A stretch of DNA of 64,000 bases from a virus, in IMG/VR virus record IMGVR_UViG_3300045988_171102. One strand, written 5' to 3'. The notes below the pieces were generated by a model. That model saw only the letters and a list, made by a program, of their open reading frames with translations, made no database searches and had not been told where the DNA came from. Below, one piece after another: positions 1 through 7,302 of this stretch. The first letter of the stretch is position 1; each line of letters opens with the position of its first letter. The position numbers and the translations under genes are program-made.

Positions 1-41
1 CAGTTCCAACATTCATTGAATAAGTTAATTGTGTTGTTCAT
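1..41 (-). CDS. N-terminal fragment of a hypothetical protein (continues beyond window start)
   Basis: ATG at 41 (minus) preceded by AAGGAAG. The ORF is open to the window edge (MNNTINLFNECWN...). Confidence 0.3.
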   Translation of the reverse strand, partial: MNNTINLFNECWN

Positions 42-96
42 TATACCCGCTTCCTTTTATTTTAAAAATAGAACACTTGTTCGATTACTTAATTTA

Positions 97-125
97 ATTA
101 TAATCAAAAAATTCTATATTGTCAA
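97..125 (-). promoter_or_regulatory. Sigma-A type promoter
   Basis: Minus strand reads TTGACA (125-120), a 17-nt spacer, then TATAAT (102-97), upstream of the CDS starting at 41. Confidence 0.6.
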
Positions 126-147
126 TGAGTAAACCAACATTTATCAA

Positions 148-300
148 TCAAATCTTTGGCTCATCATCATTTCTGTTTTTAATATATTGATTTAAATATT
201 GTTTATTATTTTTTTTGATCTTATGGTTTGCATAATTTTCTTTACTCTTTTCCCACAGAATTAAGATAATAAACCCTATAATACACACTAAAGTTATCAT
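148..300 (-). CDS. Small membrane protein (50 aa)
   Basis: MITLVCIIGFIILILWEK... has a hydrophobic N-terminus. GGTGA RBS. Below the 60-aa cutoff of the ORF track. Confidence 0.5.
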   Translation of the reverse strand: MITLVCIIGFIILILWEKSKENYANHKIKKNNKQYLNQYIKNRNDDEPKI

Positions 301-315
301 GATTCATCACCATAT

Positions 316-495
316 TTATATTAGGTTTAATTCTTTAGTTAAGCGTAAAGCTATTACTGATTTAAAATTTCTTACAGGTACAGATACAGTATTCATTCCA
401 TTGCCATATATCGCATGATTACCATTCTGCCTAAGAAAACTATACCCATTATTCCTTAACTTTCTTAAAAAGGCTCTTTCATTTACCTGTTTCAA
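316..495 (-). CDS. HicA-like small protein (59 aa, TTG start)
   Basis: MKQVNERAFLRKLRNNGYSFLRQNGNHAIYGNGMNTVSVPVRNF... matches the HicA pattern (L.k.G....R..GsH..y...tv.vP). The TTG start overlaps the stop of the upstream ORF (ATTGA). Confidence 0.5.
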   Translation of the reverse strand: MKQVNERAFLRKLRNNGYSFLRQNGNHAIYGNGMNTVSVPVRNFKSVIALRLTKELNLI

Positions 496-722
496 TTATA
501 AATTTCCTCCAATTCTTGAATAGTCGATGACAAATCATCAAGTAAATCCTCAAAGTTATCATAGGACTCACAGTTCTCTTCATATCTTTCTGAGTTTTGC
601 AAATTTTCAGGAACAGAATCTAAATACTCTTCTTCTTCGGAAAGAATATTTTCTAACTTACCAATGCATATATTAATAGAATCTATTTCTACCTTAATTT
701 TCTTTCTTCTTAAATTGTTCAT
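492..722 (-). CDS. Acidic coiled-coil protein (76 aa), possible partner of the HicA-like ORF
   Basis: ORF track entry. Very acidic (EEEEYLDSVPENLQNSERYEE). Translationally coupled to the downstream ORF. Confidence 0.6.
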   Translation of the reverse strand: MNNLRRKKIKVEIDSINICIGKLENILSEEEEYLDSVPENLQNSERYEENCESYDNFEDLLDDLSSTIQELEEIYN

Positions 723-747
723 ATATATTCATTTACCTTTCACTATT

Positions 748-777
748 ATTGTACAAAATTTTCCTATCCAAATTCAA
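748..777 (-). promoter_or_regulatory. Candidate promoter of the 76-aa/HicA-like operon
   Basis: Minus strand reads TTGAAT, an 18-nt spacer, then TACAAT with an upstream TG. Confidence 0.45.
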
Positions 778-799
778 CCCACAAAATATGGAAATAACA

Positions 800-828
800 T
801 TGACAAAATTCTCCAAATAGTGTATCAT
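800..828 (+). promoter_or_regulatory. Sigma-A type promoter of sRNA-A
   Basis: TTGACA (800-805), a 17-nt spacer, then TATCAT (823-828). Confidence 0.6.
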
Positions 829-834
829 TATGTT

Positions 835-936
835 AGGCTTAGAAAATGGGTAGGCTAACGCTGACCATCTTTCGATAGCTTACTTGGTATAGACATCACC
901 AGATTTTCGCAGGTCGAAGTGATGTCTATTTTTTTA
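835..936 (+). ncRNA. Candidate small RNA A (about 100 nt)
   Basis: A consensus promoter is followed by an intrinsic terminator: 11-bp stem 889-899/919-929 plus a T-run at 930-935. There is no ORF. It contains GCTAACGCT (854-862). Confidence 0.5.
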
Positions 937-953
937 TGTATAAAACCTTTGTT

Positions 954-1238
954 TTAAACATCTTCCGATACATAATGTTCGTACCGTAATCTATTTAACA
1001 ATTCTTCAAGCGTAATTGATAGGGCGTATTCTTTGTCTGTCATACCGCCTATAATAGATTTTTTAAGACTAAATCTGCTTACTATCTGTATGTCAGGCGA
1101 ATTTGCAACAGAGCGAAACGAAATAATAACATAACATCTCAAATCTTTACCATAGAGCCGAATGTCATTTTCTACTCTTTCTATCATCTCGGTATGATTA
1201 ACTTCAATGGGTTTATCGTTATTGTCAAACCACGGCAT
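954..1238 (-). CDS. Hypothetical protein (94 aa)
   Basis: ORF track entry, overlapping the upstream ORF in operon style. Confidence 0.7.
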   Translation of the reverse strand: MPWFDNNDKPIEVNHTEMIERVENDIRLYGKDLRCYVIISFRSVANSPDIQIVSRFSLKKSIIGGMTDKEYALSITLEELLNRLRYEHYVSEDV

Positions 1239-1443
1239 TTAATACCCTCCTTATTACTGTCTGAGCATAAGCGTCAGTTTTAGCTTTCTCGTCAACATAT
1301 TCCACCTCGGAATTAGCAAGATTGATTTTGGCAATTACTTTACCCTCTTCGTTGGAACTTGTTGTTCTCCAAGCGTCAATATACATTATATTTTTATCAT
1401 AATCAATAAAGTTGCTTCTAATTTCTCTATATTTACTTTGCAT
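1225..1443 (-). CDS. Hypothetical protein (72 aa)
   Basis: ORF track entry with an AGGAGGAATG-type RBS upstream. Confidence 0.7.
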   Translation of the reverse strand: MQSKYREIRSNFIDYDKNIMYIDAWRTTSSNEEGKVIAKINLANSEVEYVDEKAKTDAYAQTVIRRVLNAVV

Positions 1444-1487
1444 AAAGCTACATTCCTCCTTATTTAAGATAATTTTTTAAAAAAGTA

Positions 1488-1516
1488 TTGACTTTTTTAA
1501 AATTGCGATGTATTAT
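1488..1516 (+). promoter_or_regulatory. Sigma-A type promoter of sRNA-B
   Basis: TTGACT (1488-1493), a 17-nt spacer, then TATTAT (1511-1516). Confidence 0.6.
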
Positions 1517-1522
1517 AATGCT

Positions 1523-1612
1523 GTGTAAGGTTTTGTTATTTACTTACGCAAGCATAAACTATTAGTTTTTTAAGCGGAAAAGACTCAGTCAAAAGCTGAG
1601 TCTTTTCTGTTA
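1523..1612 (+). ncRNA. Candidate small RNA B, paralog of the Cas12a-repeat RNA
   Basis: Promoter plus terminator (AAAGACTCAG..CTGAGTCTTT, 1578-1605, then a T-rich tail). Its 5' end (GTGTAAGGTTTTGTTATTTA) and internal TAGTTTTTT are shared with sRNA-C. Confidence 0.5.
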
Positions 1613-1625
1613 TACAAAAAAAAGC

Positions 1626-1654
1626 TTGACTGTAAACTGAAAAAGTAGTATCAT
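1626..1654 (+). promoter_or_regulatory. Sigma-A type promoter of sRNA-C
   Basis: TTGACT (1626-1631), a 17-nt spacer, then TATCAT (1649-1654). Confidence 0.65.
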
Positions 1655-1660
1655 ATAAGT

Positions 1661-1696
1661 GTGGAAGTTTGTTTTTTAATTTCTACTATGGTAGAT
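1661..1696 (+). CRISPR. Solitary type V-A (Cas12a) repeat-like unit
   Basis: GTGGAAGTTTGTTTTTTAATTTCTACTATGGTAGAT. The 3' 20 nt (TAATTTCTACT-ATG-GTAGAT) match the conserved Cas12a crRNA handle AAUUUCUACU-N3-5-GUAGAU at every conserved position. Confidence 0.7.
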
Positions 1697-1755
1697 TAGT
1701 TTTTTTATCCTTTCTTCCGTACCTCGCACACTGTTATACAGTGTGCGTTTTTTTT
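1661..1755 (+). ncRNA. Small RNA C carrying a Cas12a-type CRISPR repeat
   Basis: The predicted TSS is near G1661. A 36-nt repeat-like unit is followed by 28 nt, then a terminator (CGCACACTG-TTATA-CAGTGTGCG, 1725-1747, with T8 at 1748-1755). Confidence 0.65.
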
Positions 1756-1891
1756 ATTGTCAACACACTAATACTTTGGGATTCACTTATTATAAAGCAA
1801 CATTACCGCCTTTAAACTGTATTCTTGTCCTGTTTTTGTACTGCATTACCTTGTATTCAGGATAATCTGATTGATGACTTAAACAATCTCT

Positions 1892-2512
1892 TTATTTGGA
1901 TTTGGTGTCTTTGTCTATGCCTTTCATATAACCATCAATCCACACTACCTGTCCTGTCTGATATCTTCTGAAATGTCCTCTAACTTGGAATACACCTTCA
2001 GGACTGCGATGATGACCGACCGATGTAGCATAAAGCTGATTCTTAAACGGTCTGAATACGATAGTCTTATCTTGATTATCGTTTTTACCAATAGCGGAAA
2101 ACTCTCGTTTATCTCGATCAAGATAATTGCCATACCATAGGAAAGCATTAGCGTTGATATATGAATCAATCATGTATTCTATTGCCTCAAGACAGTCATC
2201 AAGCATTTGTTGACTGTCAATATTGCGTTCAACAATTTGGTAATCTATCTTTAAATCGCAATCGCTTTGTTCAGGTGATTTGTGAAACAATCCTTTGGCG
2301 ATTTGTGTCTTATTGTATTTTAAAGAGAATTTTTGTTTTGGGATATTATTCTTAACACAAGCCGTAACATACAGTATGTATTCGGGACATTCTTTGATTA
2401 TTACTTCACATTTCTCAAAATACGGTTTCGCAGACATAACCTTGTCCATAATGTTGCGATTCCATTGTTGAAAGTATGCGTAAGTGTTTTCGTCAATACA
2501 AATTAGATTCAT
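1892..2512 (-). CDS. Hypothetical protein (206 aa)
   Basis: ORF track entry. The basic C-terminus is GHHRSPEGVFQVRGHFRRYQTGQVVWIDGYMKG. Confidence 0.75.
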   Translation of the reverse strand: MNLICIDENTYAYFQQWNRNIMDKVMSAKPYFEKCEVIIKECPEYILYVTACVKNNIPKQKFSLKYNKTQIAKGLFHKSPEQSDCDLKIDYQIVERNIDSQQMLDDCLEAIEYMIDSYINANAFLWYGNYLDRDKREFSAIGKNDNQDKTIVFRPFKNQLYATSVGHHRSPEGVFQVRGHFRRYQTGQVVWIDGYMKGIDKDTKSK

Positions 2513-2549
2513 AAGGTTGGATTCAACATCCTTTCAATCTTACTCTTCA

Positions 2550-2990
2550 TCACTTATAGAGAATTTCATAAAAATCTTCTGTATAGGTGCCGTCAGCCTT
2601 ATCTTGCTCTTCGTACTTTTCAAGTGCCTTGACTGCATCTTCGTGAGTGTCAAAAGAGTCAATTAACTCTTTTGTTCCTGCGTAAGCAATCCAATATCTT
2701 GGCGGATTCTCACTAAGAATAATAACCAAGATTTGAGCATTCTTGTCACCGAACCAGTCTTCAAAATCTGCGGTAACATCATCATTGGCAATGACGGTCA
2801 TACCGTACTCTTCCTCATCCATAAGTTCTTCATACACAACTTCTTCATTTTCATTGTACTGGTCATTCTCTATATCGTCAGATGTATAAATAAAATCACT
2901 GTGAACACGGTGTGTGAAGTCTGTAAATCTGTAGATTTCGCATTCAACATATTGTCCTTTGTAATGTTCTTTAACTTCTTTGATTGTCAT
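2550..2990 (-). CDS. Acidic hypothetical protein (146 aa from the RBS-supported start)
   Basis: ORF track entry 2550..3029. The internal ATG at 2990 follows AAAGGAGAAAA. Confidence 0.7.
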   Translation of the reverse strand: MTIKEVKEHYKGQYVECEIYRFTDFTHRVHSDFIYTSDDIENDQYNENEEVVYEELMDEEEYGMTVIANDDVTADFEDWFGDKNAQILVIILSENPPRYWIAYAGTKELIDSFDTHEDAVKALEKYEEQDKADGTYTEDFYEILYK

Positions 2991-3660
2991 AATGTTTTCT
3001 CCTTTTTGTTGTTTCTTTGTTTTTTGCAATTAATAATAATTTATCAATGATTAAATTTTCAATCCAACGAGATAGTACCTTTTTTCCACTCTCCAAACTT
3101 TCAATTGTTTGCTGTCTCATTCCAAAAATTTCAGACATTTCTTCTTGTGTTAATTCCGCACACAAGCGAGCTTCCTTTATCGTCATGCGTTTAGAAGGTT
3201 CAAAAATCTCATCAATAGATACAGGAAGATTAAATTTTAAAAGAGTTGAAACTTTATACGCTGAGTCTAATAAAGGTATTTTCTTATGATGATAATAACA
3301 AAATGCAGTTGAATGAGAAATACCATATTTTTTCTCAACCTGCATATAAGTTTCGTCAAGTGCATCAAATGCCTGACTAAAAGCAAAATAAAACTTATGT
3401 TCAATATCTTTTTGAAATTGAATTCTTTCATCGGCACTTACAAATCTTCTGCCATGTAATACCTCTAAAAGGACTACAGCCGTACTATAAGACATCTTCT
3501 TGTTATTGTTACTTTCTACGAAATAAAAACCCATTGTTGAAGGATAATATTGACTCCTTTTAGCTATTTCATAATAAGTTAAATACTGTTCTTTGATTTT
3601 TGTTTTACAATATTGAACAAAAATATCACTTACAGGCAATTTATTATTTTCTTTGTTCAT
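2971..3660 (-). CDS. XRE-family helix-turn-helix regulator (229 aa)
   Basis: C-terminal LTQEEMSEIFGMRQQTIESLESGKK is a classic XRE HTH signature. Confidence 0.7.
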   Translation of the reverse strand: MNKENNKLPVSDIFVQYCKTKIKEQYLTYYEIAKRSQYYPSTMGFYFVESNNNKKMSYSTAVVLLEVLHGRRFVSADERIQFQKDIEHKFYFAFSQAFDALDETYMQVEKKYGISHSTAFCYYHHKKIPLLDSAYKVSTLLKFNLPVSIDEIFEPSKRMTIKEARLCAELTQEEMSEIFGMRQQTIESLESGKKVLSRWIENLIIDKLLLIAKNKETTKRRKHYDNQRS

Positions 3661-3698
3661 ATAATCACCACGCTGTCTTGTTTTCTAAAACAAGAATT

Positions 3699-4376
3699 TT
3701 ATTTATTGTGTTTATCATACCAAGCGGATTTGTTGGTCAGGTAAAGCACAAAATCTTCATCTTTGTATAAGTCTGATAAAGTATCTTCATACTCTTTGTC
3801 ATCGCACCAATAAATCCGCCAGTACACGCATCCAATAAAATCCTCATATATACAATCGTTATAATAAAAATTACAGGAATTTAATTCGTATGCTAATGCG
3901 AAATACCCAGAGCCATCTTGCAATGTATAACTGCCATCATCGCAACAATAGCCGTTATCATATAACTCATATATAGGTTGCTCATAAGAAGCCTTAACAC
4001 TGCTCATAACATTCAGCATAGCTTTATATGTTGATATCACCTCAATAATGTTTGATGCTACACATTTGTCAGTACACAACTGATACGAACTGTGTGTTTG
4101 AGCAACAACATCATTGGTTCTAAATCTAATATATAAATGTTCGTTATCTTGATTCATTTCTTCAAACGCTTCATTGAAAAATTTATTCCGCCACACTTTA
4201 TCAGTTGATGCTTTATAATAGTTAATGATATAATAATCAACAAACTGCATTGAAGTAATATCTTTGACAGCAATGATTTCAGAGTTTGGTAACACTTCAA
4301 AATTAGAATTACCAATTAACCCACTATCATCAAATTGCAACCGTATTACCTCATAGTTTTTATCATATCTTTTCAT
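3699..4376 (-). CDS. Hypothetical protein (225 aa)
   Basis: ORF track entry; no recognised motif. Confidence 0.75.
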   Translation of the reverse strand: MKRYDKNYEVIRLQFDDSGLIGNSNFEVLPNSEIIAVKDITSMQFVDYYIINYYKASTDKVWRNKFFNEAFEEMNQDNEHLYIRFRTNDVVAQTHSSYQLCTDKCVASNIIEVISTYKAMLNVMSSVKASYEQPIYELYDNGYCCDDGSYTLQDGSGYFALAYELNSCNFYYNDCIYEDFIGCVYWRIYWCDDKEYEDTLSDLYKDEDFVLYLTNKSAWYDKHNK

Positions 4377-4416
4377 AAATATCCCCCGCTATATTAGTTA
4401 ATAATAGTATCTGCCT

Positions 4417-4440
4417 TTATTTCTTCAACCGTAGATTAGT
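4417..4440 (+). repeat. Degenerate Cas12a-repeat-like segment
   Basis: TTATTTCTTCAACCGTAGATTAGT compared with TAATTTCTACTATGGTAGATTAGT at 1677-1700 gives about 18/24 identity, including GTAGATTAGT. It is intergenic and has no clear promoter. Confidence 0.3.
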
Positions 4441-4452
4441 ACTCAACAATTA

Positions 4453-4626
4453 TTACTGCCTGTCAATAATGCAATCTTGATAGCCTAAACCTGTTAATGC
4501 GAGTGCAAACTGTTCGGGAGCAATTAAAACAATATCTTTTTTAAAGTCATCATCTGTAATAGATATAATAATTTGATTTATATTATTGATATTACGAGAA
4601 ATAGTTATTTTTGCGTTAGCTTTCAT
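4453..4626 (-). CDS. Hypothetical protein (57 aa from MKANAK start)
   Basis: ORF track entry 4453..4644. GAGGAGGAG RBS lies before the ATG at 4626. Confidence 0.6.
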   Translation of the reverse strand: MKANAKITISRNINNINQIIISITDDDFKKDIVLIAPEQFALALTGLGYQDCIIDRQ

Positions 4627-4754
4627 TTGTTCACTCCTCCTCACACTGTTTTTTCACTACACTTTTAAAGATAGAAGTTAAAATGTCATTAATGCTTTGA
4701 GAATCATTCATCATATGGTCGCCTCCGATCTAAATTTTGTACTTGTTCTAATTG

Positions 4755-5102
4755 TTAAGCTAATTCTGCGACATAAATATCCCAAATTTCCCACTCTGCA
4801 TCCGCATCATAATCCTCTTCATCATCCTCATTAAGAGGGATGCTTTGGATGTACAACACATCATAAGTGTATGTATGAAGTCCATGCTCCAATCCCCAAG
4901 TTGTTGTACACTTATCTTTTGAAGATTCAAACAACTTTCGAGCCTCCTCTAAAGTGTTAAATCTGCCGATAACATTATAAGTATCGCCTAAACAATTACC
5001 TCCGCAGTAGCACGCATGGTCGGCAAGTTGTTTTGTAGTAAGATTATTTTTACGGTTGCGATATTCCCAATTTTCCATTCTTACTTCATATACTTTTTTC
5101 AT
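4755..5102 (-). CDS. Hypothetical protein (115 aa)
   Basis: This is the in-frame part of track ORF 4755..5348. The ATG at 5102 follows a GGAGG RBS (MKKVYEVRMENW...). The longer form would overlap the next gene. Confidence 0.65.
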   Translation of the reverse strand: MKKVYEVRMENWEYRNRKNNLTTKQLADHACYCGGNCLGDTYNVIGRFNTLEEARKLFESSKDKCTTTWGLEHGLHTYTYDVLYIQSIPLNEDDEEDYDADAEWEIWDIYVAELA

Positions 5103-5118
5103 TTTGTATACCTCCATT

Positions 5119-5616
5119 TTATTTGCTATCTTCAAATGGCTCTCGATAAGAATAGTGATTCTCTGTACAGAAAACACAACCCCACCAGCAGTGTTGTTGT
5201 CCACAAGGTCTAACACCATAGCCATCGTACCCTGCATTAAGCTTGCAACCATCACATTCGTCTTCCCCTGTGATTGTACAATATCCTTTCCCATCTGGGC
5301 AAGGTCTATATATATATGTGTGTGTGTCACCAGTTTTCCTTTCAACAAAGACTATCTCGCAATTGTCTGTATCGTAAGTTAAAGCAAAACCATCTGTGAA
5401 ATCTAATGCCTTATTGTTTTTCCAGATTTGCCATTCCTTTACTTTTTCAAATAGTGTTTGCCAATCACCATTTTTGAAAGTTTTTCGGTCAATTCCATAC
5501 ATATCCACTGTATACTCATGACCGCTTGCCTTGTCGATGACTGTAAGAATCACAACACCGTTCTTATAATCAATACAAGCGTTGCCATTTGACAAATATT
5601 TTGGTCTTAACAGCAT
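5119..5616 (-). CDS. Cys-rich hypothetical protein (165 aa)
   Basis: ORF track entry with a C-terminal cysteine cluster (CTITGEDECDGCK...CGQQHCWWGCVFC). Confidence 0.75.
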   Translation of the reverse strand: MLLRPKYLSNGNACIDYKNGVVILTVIDKASGHEYTVDMYGIDRKTFKNGDWQTLFEKVKEWQIWKNNKALDFTDGFALTYDTDNCEIVFVERKTGDTHTYIYRPCPDGKGYCTITGEDECDGCKLNAGYDGYGVRPCGQQHCWWGCVFCTENHYSYREPFEDSK

Positions 5617-5652
5617 ATTATATCCTCCTTATGTTTTACCAATTCGACATAC

Positions 5653-5850
5653 TCATATGCCAATCATCGTATCCATTGTATTGTGTATCAAATCAATGTT
5701 TGTTTGGATTTCAAACCGTTCATCTTCTGTTGTTGTATAGGCAATACCGATACATTCAAGGTTTGAAAAGTCAACATTCTCTGTTCCATATTCTTCTTCG
5801 CAAAAATCAGTTATCAACCGTTTTGCATCGTCAATTGTATATTGTCTCAT
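5653..5850 (-). CDS. Hypothetical protein (65 aa)
   Basis: ORF track entry with a GGAGAA RBS. Confidence 0.65.
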   Translation of the reverse strand: MRQYTIDDAKRLITDFCEEEYGTENVDFSNLECIGIAYTTTEDERFEIQTNIDLIHNTMDTMIGI

Positions 5851-5890
5851 TTTGTATTCTCCTTTATTATATCATAATATCAACAATATT

Positions 5891-6121
5891 TCAAGTGAAA
5901 CTCGCTAATATTTTATTATTTTCCACAATGTTAAGCCAATCTATCGGTTCTTTTGTTCTCCTGTTTGTGAGTAAACCTTTTCTCAGCAAGGGCAATAATG
6001 TATTGAGATGAGTTTTGGCTTCGATATATGTTCCAAACAATCCGTAGGGTACATATGTGTCAGCATCTTCATTATAACCATTAACACTAAACATGCTCTC
6101 TATCTTGTCCACTTTACACAC
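5891..6121 (-). CDS. Hypothetical protein (76 aa)
   Basis: ORF track entry with an AAGGAG RBS. Confidence 0.65.
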   Translation of the reverse strand: MCKVDKIESMFSVNGYNEDADTYVPYGLFGTYIEAKTHLNTLLPLLRKGLLTNRRTKEPIDWLNIVENNKILASFT

Positions 6122-6160
6122 TCCTTTTTCTTTATCGGCATTAAAATATCGGTTTTATTT

Positions 6161-6685
6161 TTAGTCGTCATCTTCTATACATTCATTGTCTAACCATTCA
6201 TCAAAGCAAGGATAAATCATTCCACCTTTAAATCCTGTATCTTCAAACAAATCAAATGCATCCCAAATATCAATAGTCTTATCGTAAAGACAACCTTTAA
6301 ACACTGGCTCTTTTGCCTGTAACTCCTCATAACAATCGTTAATTTTACTTAAAAAATCTATTAGAGAATAACCGTGTGCAGCCATCCATTTTAATTGAAA
6401 ATCATGATACTGTTTTATAATTTCTCCTTGCTTATTTAGTAATGCCTTTACCATTTGTGCGTTACCGCAAAATATGTCCATATACCTTTCAAGATTTTTT
6501 CGATAAAAACGTCCTTTGTCCAGACTAATCAAGACATTAACAGCATACTCAAAAGTCAACATCTCATCATCACGCCCACACAAAGATGTAAAAATATCTT
6601 CGATAGTTCCATATTTATCCAGCATTGAAGAATTGATTACCCGATCAATATCGTTGTATATTTTCTGTATTTTTGATATATCCAT
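6161..6685 (-). CDS. Hypothetical protein (174 aa)
   Basis: ORF track entry with an AAGGAGGA RBS. Confidence 0.75.
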   Translation of the reverse strand: MDISKIQKIYNDIDRVINSSMLDKYGTIEDIFTSLCGRDDEMLTFEYAVNVLISLDKGRFYRKNLERYMDIFCGNAQMVKALLNKQGEIIKQYHDFQLKWMAAHGYSLIDFLSKINDCYEELQAKEPVFKGCLYDKTIDIWDAFDLFEDTGFKGGMIYPCFDEWLDNECIEDDD

Positions 6686-6778
6686 ACTTTAATCCTCCTT
6701 AATTAAAAAAACTATATTATGTAATATTACATAAACAATTCCGAGTTATAAAAGTGTTTTAATCTCTGTTTGCCGTAA

Positions 6779-7060
6779 TCAAATCATTATTATATAATTA
6801 ATGCTATCTGAATCCATCTGAACCTTACAGTCTTGTTTCTTAAACCAATTTGCAACTTCTGGTGAGATTGTTCTCCCTACACCTAATTGCACCAAATCGT
6901 GCCAAATATATGGTATAGTTTCATATTGTACTAAAGTTAATTTATTTTTTCTCATATCCACAGCATTATCAATTGATTTCCATTTTATAAAGATTGCTTC
7001 TGTTTTTTTATTAGCTCTATACTTTTTGCCGTCATACCATTTATATAACATTTTTTGCAC
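6779..7060 (-). CDS. Hypothetical protein (93 aa)
   Basis: ORF track entry. Confidence 0.65.
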   Translation of the reverse strand: MQKMLYKWYDGKKYRANKKTEAIFIKWKSIDNAVDMRKNKLTLVQYETIPYIWHDLVQLGVGRTISPEVANWFKKQDCKVQMDSDSINYIIMI

Positions 7061-7104
7061 CTCATTTATGAATATAACTATTAAACAATCTTAAAAGTAA
7101 TTAC

Positions 7105-7302
7105 TTACAGATACACTTTACGCAACTCCATATCTGATAATCCGATTGTTCCATCAAGAAGATTGCATAACATATTATATTGCTCATTCTCATTAGTAGC
7201 ATTGTTTGAAACGAAATCAAGAATATTACTAATCAGTCGATAACTCTCACCAGTTATATTGAAATTTTCTTCAATGTATAACAAAAACTCTGATTTATTC
7301 AT
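7105..7302 (-). CDS. Hypothetical protein (65 aa)
   Basis: ORF track entry with an AAGGAGAA RBS. Confidence 0.65.
   Translation of the reverse strand: MNKSEFLLYIEENFNITGESYRLISNILDFVSNNATNENEQYNMLCNLLDGTIGLSDMELRKVYL

Noticed and set aside
664-858. 64-aa plus-strand track ORF overlapping the 76-aa gene and the promoter region
   Set aside because: It is a low-complexity hydrophobic translation antisense to a well-supported gene, with no RBS. The region is better explained by two divergent promoters and sRNA-A.
2733-3289. Plus-strand track ORFs (2733-3050, 3017-3289) antisense to the early genes
   Set aside because: These are shadow ORFs inside RBS-supported minus-strand genes, with Phe/Ile/Leu-rich translations typical of antisense reading of AT-rich coding DNA. 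The same reasoning applies to 2161-2355, 2484-2666, 5016-5382, 5589-6193, 8603-8842, 9778-10546, 11165-11350, 14192-14650, 14781-15495, 16004-16278 and 17538-17732.
5103-5348. N-terminal extension of track ORF 4755-5348 (197 aa)
   Set aside because: The extension overlaps the 165-aa gene 5119-5616 in another frame. A GGAGG RBS supports the internal start at 5102.
6717-6734. Perfect 14-bp palindrome ATGTAATATTACAT in an early intergenic gap
   Set aside because: It is short and pure A/T-rich. Such palindromes are expected by chance in this composition, and there is no second copy or clear promoter association.
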